The position numbers and the translations under genes are program-made. From IMG/VR virus record IMGVR_UViG_3300005662_008223, positions 1 to 37,368 of that record: a stretch of 37,368 bases of DNA. The stretch is one strand, 5' to 3'. The stretch's first letter is position 1; the number at the start of each line of letters is the position of its first letter. Positions 26,646 to 35,717 of this stretch are shown piece after piece. This DNA is from a virus (lineage: Duplodnaviria > Caudoviricetes). The notes under the pieces are model-generated. The model was not told the origin of the DNA, ran no database searches, and saw only the letters and a program-made list of their open reading frames with translations.

Positions 26646-26987
26646 TTATTTAGTTTTAGCCAAAATGGCGGATACTACACTCTCGATAGGAACTTTTATT
26701 TTAGATCCAACTTCAGGTAGAATAGTAGGATTCATAATATTATTAGCTAACATTAGTAACCACCATAAATTTGGAGATCCAAGTGTTTTGTATGAAATAA
26801 AGGGCCACGTGTCTCCATAAATTACAATATAAGCAGTAAATAAATTTGAAGGTAGATCTTGAGGGAAAACAATACTTTGAAATAAATTGTAGAAATACAA
26901 TCCATTTTCATCTTGATACATATTGAAAATGATTTCCATATTATCGGAATTTAATTTTGGAAGTTCGTCTATATCGCTTTGCTTCAT
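26646..26987 (-). CDS. gp53: Baseplate wedge protein, gp53-like (LysM-type)
   Basis: YIVIYGDTWPFISYKTLGSPNLWWLLMLANNIMNP...GSKIKVP. Confidence 0.85.
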   Translation of the reverse strand: MKQSDIDELPKLNSDNMEIIFNMYQDENGLYFYNLFQSIVFPQDLPSNLFTAYIVIYGDTWPFISYKTLGSPNLWWLLMLANNIMNPTILPEVGSKIKVPIESVVSAILAKTK

Positions 26988-26992
26988 ACGAA

Positions 26993-28153
26993 CTACTGTT
27001 GTCCTCCAGTAATAGATTTAACCATCTCACTCGGATTTTTTGCAATTGATACTGCTTTGTCGAAATTACCTTGTGTAAGAGGTTTGTATGCCTCATTGGA
27101 GTCTACACGTTTTTTTGCTTCACCGTTTCGCACTGCTTCAAGCAAGTTTTTACTCGGCATAACCATTTCAGTTAAACTACATGTAAAGCGATAAGCATCT
27201 GGAACAACAGCAGCAATTCCTTCATCATCATACATTATACGTTGATTTCCCAAGTTTTCTACATTTATTTTACTAACGCTACTTGCTATACTAAAATATT
27301 GTCCTGGAACATACACCTCATAAAATACAGGAGGAATGCCTAAAATAAAATTCTTTTTGTTAAAAAGATTTTGATTCATAAACAAATACAAAAAATTTCG
27401 ATTTTTCTTCCAATCGTCTGGGTGTTTTGTATTATACAAAACAAAGTCTATTTCGATTGATCTGCTACCATGGTTTTGGAACATTCTTGGTCTATCAGCT
27501 ATACCAACTAACGGATACATAGATTTCATTAGGTTAGAAGCAATTCCAGCTCCAACTTCAACTCCCGTTGAAACTATATCTAATTTTCCGGCTAATGCAT
27601 TAGCACCAGTTCCCATTCCTTTTAACATACTTTGCGCTCCAGCAGAAGTCTCGCTAGCTGCTTTGCCAATACCTTCTAATGTTGCCCACTCAGACGTCGT
27701 TAGTTCGTAATTAACTTTAGAATAATAAGGAAATCTATATTTCCATTTTGTTGGCTTGTCTTTTGGAAAAATTTCATCATAAGCTCCTAATACTCCTCTG
27801 TTACCAGTTACTCCAGTAAAATCTCCAACGCCTTGAGCATAAAACATCAACTGACGTTTAAGACTGCCTTCGTTTACTTGAAACTCTCTTAATTCTACTG
27901 AAGGTACATCCCAAGTCATATCCTCTACTATTTTTGACATTGTCCATGGATACCAGCGAATTATATCAACATACCCAACGGAATTTTTGGGTTCTAGAGT
28001 GCTCGCTAAACTTCCCTCTTTGCCCATTCCAAAAGCATTATCGTTATCTAGTCCACCTTCAAACGAAACAGCTCCGGTTTTTGGAGGAGTTTTACTATTA
28101 AACAAACTATTAATCGGAGATGCGTGCGACACAGTTGTTGGTTTTGCTGCCAT
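26993..28153 (-). CDS. Probable baseplate tail-tube cap / initiator (gp48-like)
   Basis: PRMFQNHGSRSIEIDFVLYNT, PPVFYEV, VSKINVENLG, PDAYRFTCSLTEM tube-fold pattern; lies between tape-measure-like and gp53-like genes. Start set at ATG 28153. Confidence 0.6.
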   Translation of the reverse strand: MAAKPTTVSHASPINSLFNSKTPPKTGAVSFEGGLDNDNAFGMGKEGSLASTLEPKNSVGYVDIIRWYPWTMSKIVEDMTWDVPSVELREFQVNEGSLKRQLMFYAQGVGDFTGVTGNRGVLGAYDEIFPKDKPTKWKYRFPYYSKVNYELTTSEWATLEGIGKAASETSAGAQSMLKGMGTGANALAGKLDIVSTGVEVGAGIASNLMKSMYPLVGIADRPRMFQNHGSRSIEIDFVLYNTKHPDDWKKNRNFLYLFMNQNLFNKKNFILGIPPVFYEVYVPGQYFSIASSVSKINVENLGNQRIMYDDEGIAAVVPDAYRFTCSLTEMVMPSKNLLEAVRNGEAKKRVDSNEAYKPLTQGNFDKAVSIAKNPSEMVKSITGGQQ

Positions 28154-28163
28154 ATACAATTAC

Positions 28164-30989
28164 TTAATATGCAAACTTTTTAAACTCACTTCTTACTTGC
28201 CTTATATCAGGGTTTCCTTGTTGGGCAATTTGGGACATACTAACTTTAGATTGAGAGGCTTCTGAACGAGTATTATTTACAATTGTGGTGTTTCCTCCAA
28301 CAGTAGTTTTTTCTAACGCTTTAACTAGTAACAAAATATTATTGTTTAATGTTTCTAAACCTTTATAAGTTAGACGTGTATTTGTTGCAACCTGTATAAG
28401 TTCTTTGTTTGCTTGGGGTGCAGCTGATGCTTCTATGGATGTTGGTTTGTCTTCTGGCTTAATTGGACCGGCAACCACTCCATCCTTTTCGCTCAATTGT
28501 ACAATAGCTCCTTCTTTTGGAGAAGAAACAATCAAACCTTTTTTAGGATCAACTATAGCATCAGCAGCTTGTTGTATGGGCTGTTGAGATGGAAGAGGAG
28601 TTTTAGAAGTAGTTTCTATTTGAGGTTGTGATCCGCTCTCAGGTTTTTCTTCTTTTGGTTTTTCCCCATTAAGAAGAGTTATTACCTCTTCTGGTAAAAC
28701 TTTTGCTGCAAGCCATTTTACCCAGTCGGCTAACCCTTTCCACATTGCTTTGCCTTTTTCCACTATTGCTTCCCTAAGCTTTTCGAGAGGACTTTGTTTT
28801 GGTAAATCTTTATCAACCGAAGAATCTATGCTTGGAGTATCAAGCATAGTAAAAATTGCACCAATACCAGGTAATTGTTTTAAACCTTCCATCCACTCTC
28901 CAGCATAAAAATGCCGTACAGCTTTTCTTATTCCACCTAAAATGGGTACATTATCTAATTTTTCTTGAATCCAATCATTGACTCCTTTAAGCCAATCAAT
29001 AGCTTTAGATGCAGTATCTCCTACAAATTCTCCTGCTGATTTTAACACTGAAACTATTGATTGTACTCCAGGCAATTTAGCTAAACCTTCTAAATATTTT
29101 CCTTCTTTAAAGAATTCAATACTTTCAGCAAAATATCCAATTCCTGGAAGATTTTTTACTTTTTCTTTTATCCAATCTGATATTCCGCTCAACCAACTAG
29201 AAGTAGCGGTTCCTGCTGCTTGTGTCATTGGAGTAGTTTCTTTATCACCAAATGTAGCACCAATAAATTCAAATATAGGATTTATATATGCAATTTGTTT
29301 CAACCCTTTGAGCCATTCTCCAGCTTTAAAATGCTGCATTGCTTTAGCCCAAGGACCTATTATTGGGAGATCTACCATTTTTTTTGCAATCCACGCTCCT
29401 AAATCTTTTATCCAACCCATTATCATCGCTCCTTTACCCTTTTTACCTTCTCCAATACCTCCAGCTTTATAGTCTAAGAAAGCGTTTAAAGCGTCAAGTC
29501 CAAGACTTATTCCCCAAGCAACGGGAGCCCCAACTCCAGTTAGATATAATAAACCTGTTAAACCTGATAATGTATCAATAAATCCTCCTACAAAATCCCC
29601 TTGAAGAAAACGGCTTACTGCAAATCCTATACTAATTAACGACCCAACGAGCGGTACTTTTTTAAAAAACTTTAAAAGACCTCCTAGCATTTTAGGAATA
29701 ATGCCTTTAGATGCGCCAAGTCCTGTTTTTATAGCCACTTGTCCTGCTTCTTTTCCAAACAATCCCATGATAGACTTGCTAAAATTACCTATAAGTCTAG
29801 CGGGAATTTTTATCAATTTTGATGCAAGACCGCTTATGAATTTATTTAACGTTTTTGTAAATCCTGACACATGCAACAAACCTTTTCCTACAATTTTTTC
29901 AAGACCTTTATACCATTCATTTGTTCTTATTCCATCTAATATTAGAAACAGCCCCGCAAGTCCAGCCATTGCAGCTAAAGCTCCTTTTAATAAAGAAGGA
30001 CTAAGAAGTCTTCCCAAAAATCCTAATGGTCCAGATTTGTCTCCAGATTTTTCTTTTTCATCCGCAGGTTTTCCTTCTTTAGGAAAACAACGTTTGATAA
30101 TTTCTGGCAATTTATTAGATAGATCAGCAAATCCCTCTGGAGTGAATCCATGAAACAAAATTTTAGTAGGTTTTTCTTCAGCTTCCAACATTGACTTCGT
30201 TCCATCATCCGTAGATTGTCCGGTTGCTGAAGAAGAAACGATTGGAGCTTCAACTTGTGGCTTTTTCTCGTTTTGTGCTGGTTCTTTTTTTGGTGGTAAA
30301 ATTTTTGCTAGCAAACTTCCTATCCAGCTTGGCTGAGCTGTTTGCTGGATAGGAGAAGATGGCTTTTTTTCTGCATCTATTAGGATTCTTTCAGATTTTT
30401 GTGTTTTTGGCTCTAAACTTCCGGTAATACGTTTTAGAAAGTTTGAAACAAAACTTTCATTAATTTTAGTTTGTTCTAAAGAAGATTTAGAAAGAGAGCT
30501 AGTCTCCTCTTGAGACTGCTGTAATAAAGGAGGTGTTTTTGAAATTTCTCTAGAAGCTTCAGCTAATGGTGTTTTCTCAGCTGGAGGCAATACTCGCTTT
30601 AAAAATCTTTTGTATTCCTCAATATAAATTTGATCTCGTACTAACTCTTTGTATGCCTTTTTAAGGCTGTCGGAAAACATTAAAGGAGACACAGCTCCTT
30701 TAGTAGACTGTTCATCTTTGTTTGATTTAGGAGAATCAATTTTAATTGATTGCTTTTGATCTTGTGGAAGAACTGTTTTAGAGTCTCTTATATTAAGATT
30801 ATGTTCAATGACGTGCTCTTGAGTAGAAGCTTGTTTAATTGCTTTATCTATAGTAGTTTTTAATATACGACCGATTTCTGGAGCAACATCTTTAGTAAAT
30901 CGTTCGCCAAGTCTTTGCGTTAAAGAAGACACTAACTCTTCTTTAAAATCTGCTACTGTCTGTTGTCGTACATCTTCAATAGAAGCCAT
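28164..30989 (-). CDS. Tape-measure-like protein (gp29-like)
   Basis: 941 aa, helical, Gly/Ala/Trp-rich amphipathic repeats (KKVPLVGSLISIGFAVSRF), C-terminal GGNTTIVNN; tail-module context. Confidence 0.7.
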   Translation of the reverse strand: MASIEDVRQQTVADFKEELVSSLTQRLGERFTKDVAPEIGRILKTTIDKAIKQASTQEHVIEHNLNIRDSKTVLPQDQKQSIKIDSPKSNKDEQSTKGAVSPLMFSDSLKKAYKELVRDQIYIEEYKRFLKRVLPPAEKTPLAEASREISKTPPLLQQSQEETSSLSKSSLEQTKINESFVSNFLKRITGSLEPKTQKSERILIDAEKKPSSPIQQTAQPSWIGSLLAKILPPKKEPAQNEKKPQVEAPIVSSSATGQSTDDGTKSMLEAEEKPTKILFHGFTPEGFADLSNKLPEIIKRCFPKEGKPADEKEKSGDKSGPLGFLGRLLSPSLLKGALAAMAGLAGLFLILDGIRTNEWYKGLEKIVGKGLLHVSGFTKTLNKFISGLASKLIKIPARLIGNFSKSIMGLFGKEAGQVAIKTGLGASKGIIPKMLGGLLKFFKKVPLVGSLISIGFAVSRFLQGDFVGGFIDTLSGLTGLLYLTGVGAPVAWGISLGLDALNAFLDYKAGGIGEGKKGKGAMIMGWIKDLGAWIAKKMVDLPIIGPWAKAMQHFKAGEWLKGLKQIAYINPIFEFIGATFGDKETTPMTQAAGTATSSWLSGISDWIKEKVKNLPGIGYFAESIEFFKEGKYLEGLAKLPGVQSIVSVLKSAGEFVGDTASKAIDWLKGVNDWIQEKLDNVPILGGIRKAVRHFYAGEWMEGLKQLPGIGAIFTMLDTPSIDSSVDKDLPKQSPLEKLREAIVEKGKAMWKGLADWVKWLAAKVLPEEVITLLNGEKPKEEKPESGSQPQIETTSKTPLPSQQPIQQAADAIVDPKKGLIVSSPKEGAIVQLSEKDGVVAGPIKPEDKPTSIEASAAPQANKELIQVATNTRLTYKGLETLNNNILLLVKALEKTTVGGNTTIVNNTRSEASQSKVSMSQIAQQGNPDIRQVRSEFKKFAY

Positions 30990-31032
30990 GTATTTATTTA
31001 TTCACAAAACCATTAAAGCATGTGATATTATA

Positions 31033-31827
31033 TCAATACATCGTAAAGAGAGATCCGTCTATAGACACCAAATAATTTTGGCCGTTTGGCTTTTGAGAAG
31101 TTAAAGATTCATCCAATGATTTTTTGTATGTTTCAATAAAACGTATAACATCACTTAGCAAGGAAGCTGGTAAAGATTCAATGGCTTGCAATCTTACTTT
31201 AAAAGGTACTGTTGATAAATCAATGGTTTTTTCTTTTATTTTAATAGTTTTAACAGTCTTTGCTATTTCGTTAATAAATGCTTCTCCCAATAGCTTTCTT
31301 AATTGCTCTGGTGTTTCAGCTTGCTTGTCTAGCTTAGCTTTATTATTTTCAACGTTTATTTGATCTTCTATAAAAAGAAGAGGAACTCCGTAAATAATTT
31401 CACAAGATTCGGAAGTAACTGTTTGATCTCTAAACAAATTAGGATTTTGATTAACAAGGTCGTTTAACTTTTTCTTTATTTGATTTAAATCGATATCAAA
31501 TTGTTCTTGCTCTTCAGTTACTTTTAAAGTAGGAGACAGGGAATTAATTCTCGTATTTACTGCAAAAATTACCTTATCAATATAATTTAACTGATTGTAA
31601 TCTATTTGAGTTTCTGAAGATATAGAATTTTTAAAAATTCTATTAATTGTTGAAGAAAACAAGCTTTGAGTAACGGGCGAATCCACAACGGATTCAACCA
31701 AGTCTTTTAAATGCAGAGCAGTTAATGGTTTAATTTTTACAGGTTGTCTGTTTGTAAGTTGTATTGTATGCAGTTCTTGCTCTTTAATTTGATCTAAAAG
31801 AGAGAAAAATTCTTGATTACTATTCAT
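31033..31827 (-). CDS. Probable baseplate hub assembly chaperone (gp26-like)
   Basis: VKIKPLT, LNYIDK...RINSLS...IDL, IESLP...VIRFIE pattern; upstream of the tape-measure-like gene. Confidence 0.6.
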   Translation of the reverse strand: MNSNQEFFSLLDQIKEQELHTIQLTNRQPVKIKPLTALHLKDLVESVVDSPVTQSLFSSTINRIFKNSISSETQIDYNQLNYIDKVIFAVNTRINSLSPTLKVTEEQEQFDIDLNQIKKKLNDLVNQNPNLFRDQTVTSESCEIIYGVPLLFIEDQINVENNKAKLDKQAETPEQLRKLLGEAFINEIAKTVKTIKIKEKTIDLSTVPFKVRLQAIESLPASLLSDVIRFIETYKKSLDESLTSQKPNGQNYLVSIDGSLFTMY

Positions 31828-31856
31828 GTAATTATTTAGTTGTTAAATTTTGAACG

Positions 31857-32732
31857 TCAATGTAAATCTACATCTTCTTCAGCTTCATTTTCTCTCATTT
31901 TGAAATCATCTTCTAGTCTTCTAACAAAAAACATATATTCACCTGGCGTACATTCTTCTAAATAAGTTGGAGAAATATTAGCATATTTAGAAAGCATAAA
32001 CAAATTATTATAAATTGAATCTAAAGAGTCGTTATACAAAAGTTTTACGAACCAAATAAAAGATATAGCATTTGGAACAAATCTTAACTTTTCTTTTGTT
32101 TTAATTTTATATCTTAAAAATGCATCTTGCGAATTTATAAATTTTGCTATAGTATAAAAGGTTTCAATTATGGTATTGCCTTCTTTAGCACTCAAAGCAT
32201 TTAATATTTTTCTTCCATTTTCTATTGTATCAATTCTTAAAAAAGCTTGCTTATCACCCTCTTTTACTTGAGCACTTTCTAAAAAATTAAGAAACTGCTC
32301 GTCAGCATTAGCTTCTCCTAATAACTTAGAAATTGAAGGACAACCGTAATATAAGGTTAAATTATTAATTGTTAATGTTTGACTTTTACAAAAACTAGCT
32401 AATTCCCTAATATCTTCTTGAATCCAATCTAAACGTAAATCTACTTTTATTTGCTTATCTTCTTCTGCTGGAACAAGAATTGTTGAAATATTTCCCATGC
32501 TATTCGATCGAATTTCAATCAAAATATCCATTAAGTCGCATAAATTAAGAGTCTCAAAAAAATTATTCTCTTTGTCTGAATGTTCAGTTAGTACGGATAT
32601 TATAGTATCAGAAAGAGCTGAAATAGAAACATCGTCTCCATAAGAAGCTTTAATGATTTCCTTATATCCTTTAAGGGTTAATTCTTTAAGATATATGGGA
32701 GTATTATCAGAAATATAAAATTTATACTTCAT
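31857..32732 (-). CDS. Probable gp26-like chaperone with gp51-like C-terminus
   Basis: LKELT, LNLCDLMDILIEIRSNSMG (gp26-like); YNNLFMLSKYANISPTYLEECTPGEYMFFVRRL (gp51-like). Confidence 0.55.
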   Translation of the reverse strand: MKYKFYISDNTPIYLKELTLKGYKEIIKASYGDDVSISALSDTIISVLTEHSDKENNFFETLNLCDLMDILIEIRSNSMGNISTILVPAEEDKQIKVDLRLDWIQEDIRELASFCKSQTLTINNLTLYYGCPSISKLLGEANADEQFLNFLESAQVKEGDKQAFLRIDTIENGRKILNALSAKEGNTIIETFYTIAKFINSQDAFLRYKIKTKEKLRFVPNAISFIWFVKLLYNDSLDSIYNNLFMLSKYANISPTYLEECTPGEYMFFVRRLEDDFKMRENEAEEDVDLH

Positions 32733-32747
32733 TTATGGTATATATTT

Positions 32748-33476
32748 TTATTCAGGAAGGCCTTCAGTTGGACCTCTGGAAAGTCTTTGATCTACACGAT
32801 TATTAATCATGAATGAGTTTTCACTTTGCGTATCAATTGTATAGTGACTGTAAATAAATTTAGCTTCTCTTTCTTTTGCTGAAGACGTGGGAGCGTAATT
32901 AAATTCCTCATTTGAACAACTAATTGCACACAAATCCTTAAAAACAATTTTATTTAAAATAGAAGGTGGGTCTCCCGCTCGCGTTACACCAAATCGATAG
33001 CATGTTAGATTTGTCCTGTAATTAAGAGGTCCGCTTCGTGCAACTAATCCCCATCTTGCTGTAGCAATTACCCAAGGTCTAATAACATTGTCTACAAAAC
33101 TTACATTTGTATCTAAAAACGTCATTCTCATTTCAGGATAGGCATTTCTTCCTTGCCCTACATATCCTTTAATTAGGTTGTTTGAAGTTGTACCTTCAGC
33201 TACAGCAACCATGCTTTCTCCTGGAATATCAATTGCTTGAGCAAACATACAGCCTTTTGTATTTTGATAATGATCCGCATTTAATAAAGAAAATGCTTTT
33301 TCTATCATCCATTGCTCAGGTTCATTGCGAAGAGCTCTTTCAATTGCTGGAAAAATTCTTGTGCTAATATCATCAAATTGAACAACCCACTGAGCACCTT
33401 TCGGAATCATGCTTGCAGGATGCTGCAAGAAATCGTTTAAGAAAAATGGTATCTGTCCGGTGTGTTCTGTTGCCAT
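32748..33476 (-). CDS. Tail-tube family protein (gp54/gp19-like)
   Basis: FAQAIDIPGES, MRMTFLDTN...IRPW, FKDLCAIS...EFNY...AKFIYSHY tube-fold motifs. Confidence 0.7.
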   Translation of the reverse strand: MATEHTGQIPFFLNDFLQHPASMIPKGAQWVVQFDDISTRIFPAIERALRNEPEQWMIEKAFSLLNADHYQNTKGCMFAQAIDIPGESMVAVAEGTTSNNLIKGYVGQGRNAYPEMRMTFLDTNVSFVDNVIRPWVIATARWGLVARSGPLNYRTNLTCYRFGVTRAGDPPSILNKIVFKDLCAISCSNEEFNYAPTSSAKEREAKFIYSHYTIDTQSENSFMINNRVDQRLSRGPTEGLPE

Positions 33477-33488
33477 AAAGAGCTACTA

Positions 33489-33995
33489 TTATGCGACAGG
33501 TGGTTGCTCTGAAGTAGAATTCATATCAGGAAGAGCACTTTCCCCTCCTCCAGGTTGAGCATTCGGTCCTTCTTCTTGAGGCATTTGATCAACAGGAGGT
33601 GCTTGTACGTCTTTTAGCATTAATTCTTTAACGTAACTTACAACATCATCAAAGATAGTTTCTAACATTGTGTTTTTAAATTCTTTTTGCTCTTCGGGCT
33701 TTTTAAGATTAAAAACAGTGACAGAAAAACTTTCTGAGTCGCTTTCTTGCGTGGCGTGAAGTTTAATTGGTGGAATGCTTTCTTCTTTTGTATCAAGTAA
33801 TATCTTTTTAACATTATCTTGCTGATTATATACTTCTTCAGCATACTCATCAGCTGTTTTATCAGAAGAAATATAATCATTCTCTTGAAGAATTCGAATC
33901 AGTAGTTTAATATTATCTAAAAACGTGCTATCAATGTAAGCTTTTTCGTTTACACGTCTTGATAGCTCTTCGTAAATTATGTCGAATTTTTTCAT
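33489..33995 (-). CDS. Hypothetical acidic protein
   Basis: 168-aa ORF in the operon; N-terminus MKKFDIIYEE; low-complexity tail. Confidence 0.75.
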   Translation of the reverse strand: MKKFDIIYEELSRRVNEKAYIDSTFLDNIKLLIRILQENDYISSDKTADEYAEEVYNQQDNVKKILLDTKEESIPPIKLHATQESDSESFSVTVFNLKKPEEQKEFKNTMLETIFDDVVSYVKELMLKDVQAPPVDQMPQEEGPNAQPGGGESALPDMNSTSEQPPVA

Positions 33996-33998
33996 AAA

Positions 33999-34289
33999 TT
34001 AATGTTTTTCTGGAACAAGCACAGGAACTGTAAAAGAAGTTGGCTTATCGAACAAACAATAATCAGTTTCAACCTTGACTCCAATTTCTTCTAAATCTTG
34101 TTTTGTAGCTAAATGCTTAGTAGAGTATACAGCTCCTTCGTTAAGAGTACATAGTAAGTTATTTGTTACATCTCTTTCAACTAGATGGGATACTAAAATA
34201 ATAGAATCAACAGATTCTTTTAACGGTTGGTAAGAACCCACTTCTTCATTATATTTTTGTAAAAAAGACTCAAATTTTTTATTATTCAT
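33999..34289 (-). CDS. Hypothetical protein
   Basis: 96-aa ORF with 3-nt gaps on both sides; TAAATA box at 34294-34299. Confidence 0.7.
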   Translation of the reverse strand: MNNKKFESFLQKYNEEVGSYQPLKESVDSIILVSHLVERDVTNNLLCTLNEGAVYSTKHLATKQDLEEIGVKVETDYCLFDKPTSFTVPVLVPEKH

Positions 34290-34292
34290 GAT

Positions 34293-35681
34293 TTATTTAC
34301 TTATGAGTGATTTTTCTAGTTTTTCTATTCTTTCTAAAGCGTTTTGATATTTTTCGTTTAATTCTTTAAAAGCGTTTATAAAAACAAATGTCAAATCTTT
34401 TTCGTTTAATTGAAGAAGTTCTTGTTTTGTTCCATCAAGAACTTGTTCTTTTGTGTATACACAATTGGGAAACACTGGTTGAACCTCTTGAGCAATTAGT
34501 CCTACTCTTTCATTTGTTCCGGGACACGGCTCAAGAGTTTCTTTGTACCTAAATTTTATAGGATTCAATTTTATAATATCATTTAATCCTTGCGTATAAC
34601 TTGATGTTATTTCCTTAGCTCGAATGTCGGAAGTTGCTGCAGACCACGTTCCTCCAACATATTGATACAATCCACCATATGCATAAATTGAGCCTTTAGC
34701 TCCAATATCTTTATCTATATACAAGTCAGTATTTGTGTTTCCAACAAGTCCTGTAAAAGAATATGGTGTTGCTCCAGGATTTGGAAGAGTGGTAGAAGAA
34801 GAAGCTAGTTCAGAATAATTTCCGACACTGTTTCTCAATTGAAGAGAACCTTGCGATGTTGATCCAAACTGTCCGATTATAGCGTAATTTGTTGTTCCTG
34901 GTGTTGATTTTACTTTTAATGGAGTTGTTGCTTCTATTGTAGTATCTTTAATACTTCCTCCTGTAATATTGACTCCAGTTGACGGTTGAGTAGACATTGT
35001 ACCTAAACTTCTGGTTTTCCAATCTATAGGATGACCAGATACATCTAGCACTAAATTAGAGATTACATCTACACTAGCTAGATCAGTTTTAGCTACCCAA
35101 GCAGCAGCTGGATGAATATAATTGTTTGCCCCATTTTCTACGTTTAGTATCGTTCTAACTTCAACTGGAGTTAAGTCTTCAGGATCCCCAGTATTGCTGC
35201 TAATTCTTCCCTTAATTGTATTTGTACTAACATCAGCAAGCTTATTATTAGAAACGACATTATCAACAATTGTCAAAGACGTATTTCCCGTAACTTCGTT
35301 TGTATGAGTCAAGTGTTCTATTAAAATACTTCCTGTTCCGTTTGTTATAGTGATTCCTAAACCTGGAGTAAGATTAGTTAAAGTGTAACTAGTTCCATTT
35401 CCAATTAAAACTTGACCATTAGCCGGAGGAGTTGTAAGTCCTGTTCCTCCAGAACTAGTAGGAATTACTCCTGCTACTGCTGAAAGCGTTGATGTTGCTC
35501 CATTAAATCCTAATTTAATAGAAGGCGTATCAACAGTTTTAAATATATCTGCAAAAATGTTTTGTGCTTTAACTTTATAAGATATACCAGTTGCTCCAGA
35601 TCCTCTTGCGACGAGAAATTGATCAGTCGGACTTAAAGGAAGTGCTTCTGCTAAAGCTGAAATTTTTGTAGGAACTGCCAT
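34293..35681 (-). CDS. Tail fibre with C-terminal intramolecular chaperone (peptidase S74)
   Basis: KISAL...DQFLVARG N-terminus; GGTG...NGQVLIGNG shaft; SDIRAKE cleavage motif, LNPIKFRY, GLIAQEV, terminal coiled coil. Confidence 0.88.
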   Translation of the reverse strand: MAVPTKISALAEALPLSPTDQFLVARGSGATGISYKVKAQNIFADIFKTVDTPSIKLGFNGATSTLSAVAGVIPTSSGGTGLTTPPANGQVLIGNGTSYTLTNLTPGLGITITNGTGSILIEHLTHTNEVTGNTSLTIVDNVVSNNKLADVSTNTIKGRISSNTGDPEDLTPVEVRTILNVENGANNYIHPAAAWVAKTDLASVDVISNLVLDVSGHPIDWKTRSLGTMSTQPSTGVNITGGSIKDTTIEATTPLKVKSTPGTTNYAIIGQFGSTSQGSLQLRNSVGNYSELASSSTTLPNPGATPYSFTGLVGNTNTDLYIDKDIGAKGSIYAYGGLYQYVGGTWSAATSDIRAKEITSSYTQGLNDIIKLNPIKFRYKETLEPCPGTNERVGLIAQEVQPVFPNCVYTKEQVLDGTKQELLQLNEKDLTFVFINAFKELNEKYQNALERIEKLEKSLISK

Positions 35682-35717
35682 ATAAGTTATTTATTAGTAA
35701 GTTGTTGTTTTTGCACT

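Noticed and set aside
28154-28159. TTG start at 28159 given by the ORF track
   Set aside because: ATG at 28153 sits 7 nt from the TAAGTA box, matching the spacing seen at other genes.
27987-30253. ORFs overlapping the gp48-like and tape-measure-like genes (e.g. 28978..29472, 29701..30153, 30023..30253)
   Set aside because: Antisense or off-frame shadows within long coding genes.
30990-31100. Programmed frameshift in a tail-assembly chaperone upstream of the tape measure gene
   Set aside because: No convincing slippery site with an extended alternative frame; the next gene has its own box and start.
1155-35307. Remaining 60-80 aa ORFs nested in larger genes (1155, 3288, 6881, 7256, 10287, 12451, 17360, 21319, 21926, 23340, 23547, 26003, 26979, 31124, 33182, 33662, 35122)
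   Set aside because: Overlap confident genes almost entirely; no independent support.
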